Assembly (NCBI GenBank): GCA_029856105.1 | Contig: JAHQWH010000047.1 | Span: 1-45,876, forward strand | DNA: 45,876 nt | Origin: Promethearchaeia archaeon | Lineage (GTDB): Archaea > Asgardarchaeota > Lokiarchaeia > Sigyniarchaeales > SOKP01 | Reading direction: 5' to 3' | Shown here: piece after piece, positions 19,801 to 29,626 of the stretch | Numbering within the stretch: the stretch's first letter is position 1 | Layout: every line of letters begins with the position of its first letter | The notes under the pieces: model-generated | What the model was told of the DNA's origin: nothing | Database searches by the model: none | The model's input: only the letters and a program-made list of their open reading frames with translations | Position numbers and translations under genes: made by a program

Positions 19801-20522
19801 TTTGTGTTAATATTATTTCTTTTTAGTATCCAGTTATCAATTAAGAAGTTTTGGGTGCTATCTTTTGCTGAAGTGTCGTAATCAGATCGAATAATTGATT
19901 TAGGAATCCACACTTCTTTATCTTCGTTAAACTGGATAAGCAAAGCTTTTTCGGTTTCACCTTCAATAACGCCTTTTAATTGACTAACTTCACTTTCGTT
20001 ACGTTCTACTGTTTCTGTCACAATTGGTAACGTCTTTGAGGCATTTCCTTTATTTACTTGCTCACCTTCTTTAGGAAATATTCCCTCTTTATTAATCGCG
20101 CCAAAGTTCAAAACCGTAGCAAACTCGATTTTTTCGTTTAATATATGCTTTAATAATAACCTGAAAATTTCAATTTGGGCAAATTTTAACATCTTAGAAT
20201 ATTTACCGATATAAATTAATAATTTTTCCTTAGCATCATCTTCCCATTTAAAAGATATTTGAGTTTTTACATCGTTGAAATTATGAAAGCTCGTCCACGA
20301 GGGCCTATTTCGATTTAGTACGTCTAAAATCATTACGATTTCGTCTAAATTGCATTTTATTGTCTTTCCTTCTCCTAAAGAAGGTTTTTCCCACGAGCCA
20401 TCGGGTTTTTTCTTGATGCACTTCAAAAAGATATATGGTTCGGTTTTTGAAGAACTTCTAATCGTGAGCCCCGTTGATTGCCCAAAAAAACTTTGGCTAT
20501 GTTTATCAACCATTTTTATCAC
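19797..20522 (-). CDS. Hypothetical two-domain protein (possible nucleic-acid binding)
   Basis: 241-aa ORF overlapping the HDAC stop; C-terminal ETEKALLI...VWIPKS small beta domain. Confidence 0.7.
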   Translation of the reverse strand: MIKMVDKHSQSFFGQSTGLTIRSSSKTEPYIFLKCIKKKPDGSWEKPSLGEGKTIKCNLDEIVMILDVLNRNRPSWTSFHNFNDVKTQISFKWEDDAKEKLLIYIGKYSKMLKFAQIEIFRLLLKHILNEKIEFATVLNFGAINKEGIFPKEGEQVNKGNASKTLPIVTETVERNESEVSQLKGVIEGETEKALLIQFNEDKEVWIPKSIIRSDYDTSAKDSTQNFLIDNWILKRNNINTN

Positions 20523-20699
20523 ATTTTTATAGTAAATACTGCTTTTTTATTGTATACAGTTTAATGAATTTTTAATATTCTAATTATATATAAAGGAAAA
20601 TGTGGTCCAAAAATTCAAAAATTCATAATACTGTTAAAATATATTAAGTATCGAGAATCTTTTTAAGAAAAGAAAGCGTTTTTTGCTATTTGGGGCAAA

Positions 20700-21524
20700 A
20701 TGAAGGAAATCTCACTTATTAGTACTCCAACAGAATCTCATTTCCATAAAGCGATCAAGTTTTTATTGTACAAGTATATTTATGAAAACGATAAGTCGGT
20801 AATAAAAAGATCCCTTGAAAAATATTTAGGGAATCGCTTTGCCGACGTGTATTTTAAACTCGATACAGGAAAAGAAGTAGTAGTAGAAGTTCAAAATTCT
20901 AAAATTTCTGTAAAAGAACTTATCAAAAGAACGAAGGATTATAATCAAAAAGGTATGTACATTTTGTGGGTGTTATACGGGGAGGGGAACTGCGTTGCAT
21001 CGCCAAAATACCCCGTTGATACTAAATGTATAAAAATTAGCTTAGCAGAAAATTTCTTGCATCGAATGTATGGGGGGCGTGTCTATTATGTTAATTTGAA
21101 CATTCGTAAAAATAAGGCATCTCTTAGAACGCCTTTCGCGCTTCATTTTTCTAAGCCATTAAATAAAAACAAACGTGGGTTTTTTAAAACTCGATACGAT
21201 AGCTATTATTTTAGGGATTCAAATTTTACAGAAATTCCTAGTTGGAACATACTGTGTACAGAATTTTCCGGGTACAAGATCGCTCGGTTCTACGATAAAA
21301 ATTTAAAAAATGTTTTGAAAAAGAGAATTGTAAATTTTTATCTTTTGAAGAAAAAGAAAGCACGGTATGACGAGAATAGATTGTTAAAGTTAATTTTAAA
21401 GTCTTTTAAAAAAAATTATGGAAAATACATGATTTATAACGCAATAATTGAATTGGTTAATGAGAAAAAGATAGATTTTCGTAGAAAATTTATTAAAAAA
21501 ATTCAAAAAAAAATTATTTCGTAG
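20700..21524 (+). CDS. CoiA-like PD-(D/E)XK nuclease
   Basis: ESHFHKAIK, RFADV, VVEVQNS (D...ExQ), RTKDY...ILWVL. Confidence 0.75.
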   Translation: MKEISLISTPTESHFHKAIKFLLYKYIYENDKSVIKRSLEKYLGNRFADVYFKLDTGKEVVVEVQNSKISVKELIKRTKDYNQKGMYILWVLYGEGNCVASPKYPVDTKCIKISLAENFLHRMYGGRVYYVNLNIRKNKASLRTPFALHFSKPLNKNKRGFFKTRYDSYYFRDSNFTEIPSWNILCTEFSGYKIARFYDKNLKNVLKKRIVNFYLLKKKKARYDENRLLKLILKSFKKNYGKYMIYNAIIELVNEKKIDFRRKFIKKIQKKIIS

Positions 21525-22120
21525 TTACCTATTTATATTAACTACAACATGGAAATCCAACATGGGAATTATGCTGTTCTTAAAAGTTAGACAAAGAATA
21601 TAAATTTCCTTATAATAATTTCCTAAGATTCGTCTAAAATCACAAAAACGCTCATTTTTAGTAAAAGCATCACAGTATCTTTTTAAATTGACATTTAATA
21701 ATCTTATACTAGCCCATTTTCGATTTTCCCTTTTGTCATGTGAAAAGATAGATATCTTTATATAGTTAAGTGATCAATATCTAAATATAAAAAAAAATTG
21801 GAAACCATGATCAAAAAATATATTCTTATACCTAAGAGTCGAAAGACTCAATACCTCAACCCTTAACCCTGTTATTAGATAAATACATCTCCTCTTTTTA
21901 CAATTTTGAAAGTCTTGGTTTCCGATTTACTCCTTTTTCCAAACTGAAAAGATTGGTTATACCCAATTGCAAAAAAGAGTTTGTTTTGTTTATATTTTTT
22001 TTATATTTATATTTTTGAATTGCTGATTTCTAAGTCAAGATTTATAAAGTCCCAAAAAGTATAAAAAAAAATAGTCTATTATTTAATAAGAAGCAAATTT
22101 TAAGCAAATTAATTATTGAG

Positions 22121-22579
22121 TTGAGGTTCGAATTGGTTAAAAAAATTAAACTAAGGTCTGGTTTAGAGGTTGAATTCGACGAACAAGCGCCCAAAACTCT
22201 TTTTGAAATAATAATAAGCGAAATATTAATTCCAAAATATAAAGAGAATAAAGATTGGAACTTAACTTTAAATATTATTCTTGAGGAAATGAACGAAGTT
22301 ATCACTGAGTATCAATTGTCCCCTAAGTTAAAATTAGGGCTATTAAATCAAGTTGAAGAACATTTAGATAAAGATATCGAAGAATTAACCGGTTGTGATA
22401 AAATTGAAATACTTTTCTTAGACATGGATGACTACGTAGAGGATATAGAAAAATTAATTTGTGCCGGTAAAAACAAAATTCAGTTAAGAACTGACATGGC
22501 TAACTTAGTCTATCCGCTCACGATCTTTGAATTGGGCGAGCTTTTTATTTATTTAGGAAAAAGAGCGTTTCTAAAGTGA
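22121..22579 (+). CDS. Hypothetical protein
   Basis: 152-aa acidic helical ORF with TTG start. Confidence 0.65.
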   Translation: MRFELVKKIKLRSGLEVEFDEQAPKTLFEIIISEILIPKYKENKDWNLTLNIILEEMNEVITEYQLSPKLKLGLLNQVEEHLDKDIEELTGCDKIEILFLDMDDYVEDIEKLICAGKNKIQLRTDMANLVYPLTIFELGELFIYLGKRAFLK

Positions 22580-22652
22580 TTTATTTTTAATCATTTCTCT
22601 TTTTATTATTTGGGCAAAGTGAAAAAAAGTTCGAGTTGATTTAATTCTATTA

Positions 22653-23009
22653 TTAGTCGATTAAATAGAGATTACCCCTATCCTCTCCATCATGAATAAT
22701 TTTTACTTTTCTTCCGTTCAAAGTAGACAAATTTTTTACTGAGAGTTCTATTCCCATAATACACGGGAGCCCAAATTCTCTTGATATAATAGCTAGGTGT
22801 GAACCCGCGCTTCCAGTGGTACATATAGTTGCTACCAATTCATTTAAAAGAGGACCTAGTGTCGTTATTCCCGCATCATCAATTAAACATATTTTTCCAG
22901 CAGCTTTATCGAATAATTCGATTACATCTTCGAGAGTTGCAATATACGCTAATTCACCAGTAACATCGGATTTGGTAGAGCACGATAACCCCTCTCCAAT
23001 CTTTTTCAT
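22653..23009 (-). CDS. Stand-alone PEP-utilising enzyme mobile (swivel phospho-histidine) domain protein
   Basis: TTGSAGSHLAIISREFGLPCIMG matches the PPDK/PEPS/EI His motif G..SHxAIxxRExGxP. Confidence 0.88.
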   Translation of the reverse strand: MKKIGEGLSCSTKSDVTGELAYIATLEDVIELFDKAAGKICLIDDAGITTLGPLLNELVATICTTGSAGSHLAIISREFGLPCIMGIELSVKNLSTLNGRKVKIIHDGEDRGNLYLID

Positions 23010-23173
23010 TAGCTATATCCCCATCTAATTCTTAATTTATTACCACTAATTAGATTTTAGTTTTTTGTATATTACTTAAATTTTTTTAAAAAAAAAATGA
23101 TAGTATTTCAAATATTTAAATAGAACTAAGTTTAAAGTTAATATTAAATGGAAAGGTTTAGGAGGAGATTTAG

Positions 23174-24331
23174 ATGGACATTAAAGCTGCGAATGAATTA
23201 ATAGCTCGTGCTTCCGAATTAGTAGATTACCAAGTATCACGAAGAGGACTTTTAGAATCAAAGTTATTTCCTGTAACTGCTTACATTTGCGTTTCTTTTT
23301 ATGAAGCTTACGACATCTTGTATGATATTTTGAAAAAAGTCTCAGAAAAAACTACTCCCGAAAAAATGGGCAAAGAGAGTAGAAAAATCCTATCAGAGAT
23401 TCATGCTTTAAGTATTTTTTATATTCCGCTGTATTATTTGGTAGGACGGATGGGTGAAATACAAAGGAATGGCGGAGATGCGAAAAGTGAAACCCAAGAA
23501 AAAAGAGAAGAGACTTTATTTGTCCTCGATTTCTGGAAACGATTAGCAACTTCATATTTTCCTGAAGGAAAATTATCAGTATACGATTCTAACAAACATA
23601 ATATTGCTATAAATCAATCTGATATTGATTGGGCTAAAAATCAAATTATAGATATATCAAAAGAAGAAGCTATAAATGTCAAAAGATCAATGGCGAATCT
23701 TGAAGTCGTGTCATTTCTTGACGAGTGCGAGGCTAGGGCTAAAATTTGCGACCATGGCCCATACCAAATTAATGAAAACGAAGTCTTGATATTTAGAGAA
23801 ATATCACATCTCTATGATGGTGGTAAACCTCATTTTCCTTGGTCTGAAACGGATGCTATATCTCCCTTTAATAACGTTGCTTTTGTTTTTCGATTAAAAG
23901 ATATAGAAGCTAAATTTGACGATTTTGCTACTTTAGAAACTGTTCCTGCAGATTTTATTGATAATATAACCGGAGTTGCACTGTTAAATAGAGAGGGGAA
24001 TAACGTTAAACCACTGGACTTAGACGTATTAGACTCCTTTAGCACTTATTCAGTAAATGCCAATAAAGAATTATTTTTAAAATTTGCTAAATGGGATAGA
24101 AAACAAAGATTAATTGCGGGGGCTTACGCATATTGTTACGGATACGCGAGGTATACTAATTTCGCTAGGGTTACTGAGGAGATTAATTGGGAACTTACTG
24201 AAAGAATAATGGATAAATACATACCAATCTTTATGGAAAGTGATTTCGATCCGGGAATTCCGAGATTATTAAGAAGTAGAGCAAAAAAAAAGAGAGAAGG
24301 TCCGTCCCTTTATTTACTACCACAAGATTGA
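23174..24331 (+). CDS. Conserved hypothetical protein divergent from the phospho-His domain gene
   Basis: 385-aa ORF with a clear SD (AGGAGG); motifs LESKLFPVTAYI, SFLDECEAR..ICDHGPY. Confidence 0.75.
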   Translation: MDIKAANELIARASELVDYQVSRRGLLESKLFPVTAYICVSFYEAYDILYDILKKVSEKTTPEKMGKESRKILSEIHALSIFYIPLYYLVGRMGEIQRNGGDAKSETQEKREETLFVLDFWKRLATSYFPEGKLSVYDSNKHNIAINQSDIDWAKNQIIDISKEEAINVKRSMANLEVVSFLDECEARAKICDHGPYQINENEVLIFREISHLYDGGKPHFPWSETDAISPFNNVAFVFRLKDIEAKFDDFATLETVPADFIDNITGVALLNREGNNVKPLDLDVLDSFSTYSVNANKELFLKFAKWDRKQRLIAGAYAYCYGYARYTNFARVTEEINWELTERIMDKYIPIFMESDFDPGIPRLLRSRAKKKREGPSLYLLPQD

Positions 24332-25257
24332 TTTACATGGATATTAACGAGAAAGGTTCTACTTTGGTTGAAGTTGACGAATTACTTCATCAACCTTCGA
24401 GTGAACTAAAATGGAGGGAATCTTATTATTTTAATTGGGCAGATCTGAAAAATAAAATTTCGGGATTCTCAACAATAGGGATAGTTCCTCATGAAAATAG
24501 GAGAGAGTTTGTATTCTTATTATTCTTAGAAGATCGAAATGAAGTATATTATAAAGAGCCACCATTACAGGAATACGATAACGATATAAATTCTATGTTA
24601 CGAGATAAGAAACTCTCTTACACGCTTGTTAAACCCTTTAAAAAATGGAAAATAATTTATAAATCGCGAAAATTAAAGTTTGATATAACCTTTGAAACCA
24701 GATTTCCAACTTTTAATTTCGGTAAAGATTCTTCTAAATCTTGGCACCAGCATTTTGAATCGTCAGGAGTAATCACCGGTAAATTAATTAGAAAAGACGG
24801 AGAAATTATTAATATCACAGGATATGGTCAACGTGATAAGAGTTGGGGCTTTCGGGACTGGCATCAGTTTGATAAATGGTACGCAGGTCATTTCCAATTC
24901 AAAAATTGGTCATGTGCATTTCGAAAAGATTATACTGAAAATCGAATAGATTTATCAGGTCATACTTCGAATAAAAAAGGAAATATTTCAATATCCAATT
25001 TAGAAATCCAAACTTTAAACGACTCTGATCAGTTTAAAAGTCCATTTACAACAACTTATAAATTTACGGATGCAACTGATATAGAATATAAAATCAAAGC
25101 AGAGCGATTCGGAAAGAATTCGTTAATTCGCTTTGTTAGAAGTTTCCCCGGGGGATATACAGAATTATTTGAACAAATGGCCAAGATAAAGGATTTAAAA
25201 ACTGGAGAGATTGGTGTTGGTATGATGGAACACTTAAGAACTTTTAAGACAGAATAA
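24328..25257 (+). CDS. Tocopherol cyclase/CrtC/AttH-like beta-barrel protein (DUF7064-like)
   Basis: WRESYYFNW, HFESSG.I.G, GQRDKSWGFRDW, G.GMMEHL; overlaps the upstream stop. Confidence 0.7.
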   Translation: MIYMDINEKGSTLVEVDELLHQPSSELKWRESYYFNWADLKNKISGFSTIGIVPHENRREFVFLLFLEDRNEVYYKEPPLQEYDNDINSMLRDKKLSYTLVKPFKKWKIIYKSRKLKFDITFETRFPTFNFGKDSSKSWHQHFESSGVITGKLIRKDGEIINITGYGQRDKSWGFRDWHQFDKWYAGHFQFKNWSCAFRKDYTENRIDLSGHTSNKKGNISISNLEIQTLNDSDQFKSPFTTTYKFTDATDIEYKIKAERFGKNSLIRFVRSFPGGYTELFEQMAKIKDLKTGEIGVGMMEHLRTFKTE

Positions 25258-25370
25258 AGGAATAGATTTATATAGTAAAAAGTCGAATTTCTATTAATTA
25301 AGAAATTAATGAAATAATAATAAAACATTATTTAATCAAAGGGATGTGATTAACGATTTGTGATTGGTGT

Positions 25371-26225
25371 TTGGCCCATGGAGCAGGTAAAAAATGGTAC
25401 ATGAATGCCCGAAATTACTCCAATGAGCTTGCCGAAGAACATAATATGAAAGAATATTTAACCGAGCAATGGATGAATTTTGAACAAGTTTTTATAAGAA
25501 AAATAATGGGTTTTTCGTCTAAAGACTTGGGATACAAGTTGAAAATGCCAATAATTGGTAAAATTCTTCGTTGGAAAGCTGAGAAGATGATCCATAGCGA
25601 AAAGAAAAATCGAAACCCTGTAAGGGCTGATGGTCATTTTGGACAAGCTATTCCTTTAGAAGACGCTCAGATCATTATGTCAGAGCTAGCTGCTGAACCA
25701 ATAATCCTTAATTATTGTATGTGTCGCTGGATGCAAAGAAAAAAAAAAGAAGCAGTGTGTATAAATTTCGGTGTGCTTTCGGAAGTTTTAGAGAAACTAC
25801 CGCGCTTTATTCCAAAAGATCGCGTTGTAAGGATAGATCGCGAGACCGCGATGGAAAAATTAGAAGAGTTTAATAAAAAAGGATACATTTCTAGTGTCTG
25901 GTTTCAGCCAGTACCATACATTAACGCCATTTGTTCTTGCGAAAGTCCAGAATGTGGTGGACTTACTCTAAGAAACAATTTTAATTTAAACGCTATGTAT
26001 AAAGCAGAATATATCATCCAATTAGATCAAGATAAGTGTGAAGGTTGTAAGTCGTGCGTTGCTATGTGTCAATTTAGTGCTATTCGCTTTATCCCTTCGA
26101 TGAACAGAGTTATCATAGACTACGATAAATGTTTTGGTTGTGGTGTATGTAGACATGCTTGTAAAAATGATGCTTTAAAATTAATACCCAGAGAGGAATA
26201 TCCAGGATTTGATGGATCTTATTAG
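25371..26225 (+). CDS. 4Fe-4S dicluster-domain protein
   Basis: CMCR, ICSCESPECG, CEGCKSCVAMCQ, CFGCGVCRHACK. Confidence 0.88.
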   Translation: MAHGAGKKWYMNARNYSNELAEEHNMKEYLTEQWMNFEQVFIRKIMGFSSKDLGYKLKMPIIGKILRWKAEKMIHSEKKNRNPVRADGHFGQAIPLEDAQIIMSELAAEPIILNYCMCRWMQRKKKEAVCINFGVLSEVLEKLPRFIPKDRVVRIDRETAMEKLEEFNKKGYISSVWFQPVPYINAICSCESPECGGLTLRNNFNLNAMYKAEYIIQLDQDKCEGCKSCVAMCQFSAIRFIPSMNRVIIDYDKCFGCGVCRHACKNDALKLIPREEYPGFDGSY

Positions 26226-26233
26226 GTGATATT

Positions 26234-26518
26234 ATGAGCAAAGCAAAGAAAAAGAAAAAGAAAAGAACTAAGATAAATATTGATTATTCTATATGTGGAG
26301 AAAAGGGTAAAATAGACCCAAGAGATTGTGGACTATGTTTGAAAGCATGTGATCCTGCTGTTTTTGTAATGCATCCGACAATCGGAACGGAAGACAAACA
26401 AGAAGATCCATACGATCCACAAGACTGGCGAATTACTCCTATTTGGGGTTCTTTATGTAGTCGTTGTTTCAAATGTGTTGAGGTTTGTCCTGAAAATGCT
26501 ATAACAATATCATGGTAA
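26234..26518 (+). CDS. Ferredoxin-like 4Fe-4S protein
   Basis: C-x9-CGLCLKACDP and CSRCFKCVEVCP; SD AGGTGA. Confidence 0.88.
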   Translation: MSKAKKKKKKRTKINIDYSICGEKGKIDPRDCGLCLKACDPAVFVMHPTIGTEDKQEDPYDPQDWRITPIWGSLCSRCFKCVEVCPENAITISW

Positions 26519-26567
26519 AGGAAACAATTAAGTTCAAAAATCTTTAACTTTTTATTAATTTTAAAGC

Positions 26568-28577
26568 ATGCAACAAAAATTTAACCCTAAAGATATAAAA
26601 ATTGGTCTTAAATTACCTACAATTTTGACCCCACTAAGCTCAATTATTATTCGAATGGCTTTTTTTGTAGATTATGTCTTCCCTCCTCTATTTAAAATAT
26701 TTAAAATAATTGGGCGTTTGGGTAAACTTCAAAATATTAGTTTTTTACCTGAAAATGACGTTATTAGATTAAAACAAACCCTTATAACTCTTGAAGACGG
26801 AGGAAAGTTAGCAACCGACATATATTTACCGAAAGAGATTTATAAAAAGAAAGGCAAGGGCCCTACAATTCTAATAAGACTACCTTATTGGAAAGATCGC
26901 CTTAGCATATTAGGGTATTTCTTAGCATCTAAAGGTTTTGTTTCAGTTCTCCAAGATATCCGCGGCACTGCGCAATCGAGCGATTATAGTACTAATTCGA
27001 TATACATGTATGAACGACAAGATGGTTTAGAAGTTCTACGTTGGATCACTAAACGATTTTGGCATAATGGAAAAGTAGGGATGTGGGGATTGTCTTATTT
27101 GGGCATAACACAATTAGCGGTATCTTGGAATAACGAAAATTTACTTACTTGTTTAAGTCCAATTCACAGTTCTTTTTCAAATGTTTTTTGGCATCCTGGA
27201 GGTTTGTATCCGATTGGTTTGTCAGGATCTCTTTATTTAATCATGAATTCAACCTCAAGCATGAAAAAACTAACAACTATGGATTTTGATCAGTGGGATA
27301 AAGATGGATATTACAAACAATTGTTTTTTAATCCCTCAATTAGCTTATATAACGAACCTATAGACTCAAAAATACCAAAATTATCGGATATGGCAAGCAT
27401 AGAAGGAGCTAAATACTTGATGAAGATTATGAATCGAGTCTATAAAACGGATGTAGATGTTTCTAAAAAGGACGATGGCTCGTTCGCTAAGTTGATAAAG
27501 GAAGTGTTCTATGAGAGAAAACTATTTCACAATCACGAATTATCCCCATATGGATTTGGACTTGATTATAAATTTAATACGCCCATACTGTTTATTGGGG
27601 GTTGGTACGACATGTTTATTGAACACATGGTACGAGACGCGAAGTTAATACAAGAGAAGGCTCCAGAATTTTTTAAAGAGAATTTTAAGATGATCATTGG
27701 CCCTTGGACACACATGAATATGGATAAATTATTTATTAAGCCATTAAAGTACGCCCATTTAAAAGATGATTTCAGGTTTTTTAAAAATATCCTTCCATTT
27801 TGGTGGTATGAATCTTGGTTAAAAGGAGAAGAGGCAGATTTTTCAAAACTACCTCCATTACAAGTATTTGTGTTAAATAAAAACATTTGGAGAGGTTTTA
27901 AAAAGTGGCCGCCTTCTTCCAATGAATTTAAATTATACTTACATTCTAATGGGAAAAGTAATAGCCTTTACGGAGATGGTTTCCTTTCAAAAAACGAACC
28001 GAAAGAAGAACCGCCCGATAGATATAATTTCGATCCTACTAATCCTGTGATTACAAAAGGGGGACGAAATCTTTTTCTCTTAAGCGGCCCTCAAGATCAG
28101 ACTAACATTGAAAAGCGTGATGATGTATTAATATACACTTCAAAAACGCTCGAAAAAGGGATAGAAATTATCGGTGAGGTCAAAATGGTCCTTTTTGCTT
28201 CTACCACCGTACGGGATACAGATTTTATGGTTAAGCTAGTTGACGTCTACCCTAATGGAAAAACTTCAATAAATGTTATAGATTCTGGCGTAAGAGGTCG
28301 CTTTCTTAATGGCGATTTGAACGAACCTAAACTCATCAAACCAAATAAAATAAATAAATACGAATTCGCTATTGGTTCAATTGGTATCTATTTCCCAAAA
28401 AACCACAAAATACGCTTAGAAATAACTTCGAGCAATTTCCCCCGATTCGACGTAAATTCCAATCTTGCAGGGGTACAAAATGAGAATGGGTACAAGGTTG
28501 CTACACAAACCATATATCACGATAAAGTTAATCAATCACATGTAATCCTTCCCGTTTTTTCTAATGAAAAACAATAA
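26568..28577 (+). CDS. CocE/NonD-family alpha/beta hydrolase (peptidase S15)
   Basis: RLPY, QDIRG, nucleophile GLSYLG, GGWYD, GPWTH, C-terminal SSNFPRFDVN. Confidence 0.92.
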   Translation: MQQKFNPKDIKIGLKLPTILTPLSSIIIRMAFFVDYVFPPLFKIFKIIGRLGKLQNISFLPENDVIRLKQTLITLEDGGKLATDIYLPKEIYKKKGKGPTILIRLPYWKDRLSILGYFLASKGFVSVLQDIRGTAQSSDYSTNSIYMYERQDGLEVLRWITKRFWHNGKVGMWGLSYLGITQLAVSWNNENLLTCLSPIHSSFSNVFWHPGGLYPIGLSGSLYLIMNSTSSMKKLTTMDFDQWDKDGYYKQLFFNPSISLYNEPIDSKIPKLSDMASIEGAKYLMKIMNRVYKTDVDVSKKDDGSFAKLIKEVFYERKLFHNHELSPYGFGLDYKFNTPILFIGGWYDMFIEHMVRDAKLIQEKAPEFFKENFKMIIGPWTHMNMDKLFIKPLKYAHLKDDFRFFKNILPFWWYESWLKGEEADFSKLPPLQVFVLNKNIWRGFKKWPPSSNEFKLYLHSNGKSNSLYGDGFLSKNEPKEEPPDRYNFDPTNPVITKGGRNLFLLSGPQDQTNIEKRDDVLIYTSKTLEKGIEIIGEVKMVLFASTTVRDTDFMVKLVDVYPNGKTSINVIDSGVRGRFLNGDLNEPKLIKPNKINKYEFAIGSIGIYFPKNHKIRLEITSSNFPRFDVNSNLAGVQNENGYKVATQTIYHDKVNQSHVILPVFSNEKQ

Positions 28578-28650
28578 TAATTACACCTTCACCTAAGAAG
28601 AAAGGCTACAGAATAAGAATATTGTAGAAGCTTTTCTACAAATAAAGCAT

Positions 28651-29448
28651 TTATTTTAATTTAACTATATCAGCCGTCTTATATAAATACATGAAATAAA
28701 AATTGCTAGCGGGTCCAAAAGCGATATGATCGGCCATAACACCAAAATAAGATAATTTTTTAAAAATATCTTGTGTCAGAATTATAAAGGCATCTTCCCC
28801 TTCGTCCATTACCACGCTAGTTCCAAAAACTTGATCACGGGAACGAATTTCAGCGATTTGAGCGTATTTTTCAAGGATTTCTTTAAATTTTTTATCCTTT
28901 ATTATTACTTCTTCAACTAATAATCTAATATCTGTGACTCCTCGAGCTCTTGCTTTTTTTATTTCCTCGTAAAACAAATCTAAAAATTCGAAATCCTGTG
29001 CGACAAGGTATAGGGCCATTTTTGCTGAATTTATTAAAGTTAAAGCTCTATTAATACAAACATCTCTTCCCCGGTGAATATATAAAGCAACTTTTATCGG
29101 TGTATCGTGAGATTCGTAAATGGGGGTAAGCTCACGAATAATTGTGTCTGAATATCCGTCAAAACTATCGCTGTATTGTTTTTTTGCGATTACCAACGCT
29201 TCATCAGGGCTTTTTGCGAAATATCTCGACGGTCTTGATTCTTCCTCTTTTAAGATCCACATTTTATCCTTTTCTAATTGAGTTAAAATGTTATAAATTC
29301 GAGAATATGGAACTCTTGAGGCTTCAGAAAGCTCTCTCGCGTCCATAGGCCCTTTTGAGATTAAAGTTAAATATATTGCTATCTCGTAATCCGTTAAACC
29401 AATCGAACGTAGAGATTCTTTAACGTTCTCGGGAGTTTCATGTGACAT
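28651..29448 (-). CDS. TrmB-family transcriptional regulator
   Basis: GLTDYEIAIYLTL...ARELSEASRVPYSRIYNILTQL wHTH, RPSRY, C-terminal effector domain. Confidence 0.9.
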   Translation of the reverse strand: MSHETPENVKESLRSIGLTDYEIAIYLTLISKGPMDARELSEASRVPYSRIYNILTQLEKDKMWILKEEESRPSRYFAKSPDEALVIAKKQYSDSFDGYSDTIIRELTPIYESHDTPIKVALYIHRGRDVCINRALTLINSAKMALYLVAQDFEFLDLFYEEIKKARARGVTDIRLLVEEVIIKDKKFKEILEKYAQIAEIRSRDQVFGTSVVMDEGEDAFIILTQDIFKKLSYFGVMADHIAFGPASNFYFMYLYKTADIVKLK

Positions 29449-29585
29449 TTTTTTACACCATTAACCAAAATCGTGTAATTTAAGAGATTTTGGGCACTTA
29501 AAAGAATTTTGTTAATTAATAAATTAATAAATATTTCATACTATTTCATACTATATTTTTTTTTTTCTTTTTACCCTTGCGGGGT

Positions 29586-29624
29586 AAGTCGTTTTGCGAC
29601 TAGAATTTTCTCGCAAAAGTCATT
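29586..29624 (-). promoter_or_regulatory. Putative eukaryote-like SECIS element
   Basis: AAUGAC-UUUUGCGA-GAAAAUUCUAG-UCGCAAAA-CGACUU: AUGA/GA tandem sheared-pair core, perfect 8-bp helix, apical AAAA; directly 3' of an ORF with an in-frame UGA. Confidence 0.75.
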
Positions 29625-29626
29625 CT

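Noticed and set aside
21795-21928. Intergenic stem containing AUGA considered as a SECIS
   Set aside because: No opposing GA quartet geometry, and the upstream gene ends in TAG without an in-frame UGA; kept only as a generic ncRNA candidate.
22577-24420. Possible Sec readthrough at the TGA stops of 22121..22579 and 23174..24331
   Set aside because: No AUGA/GA hairpin seen downstream and no redox context; the second overlaps the next gene's start as ordinary coupling.
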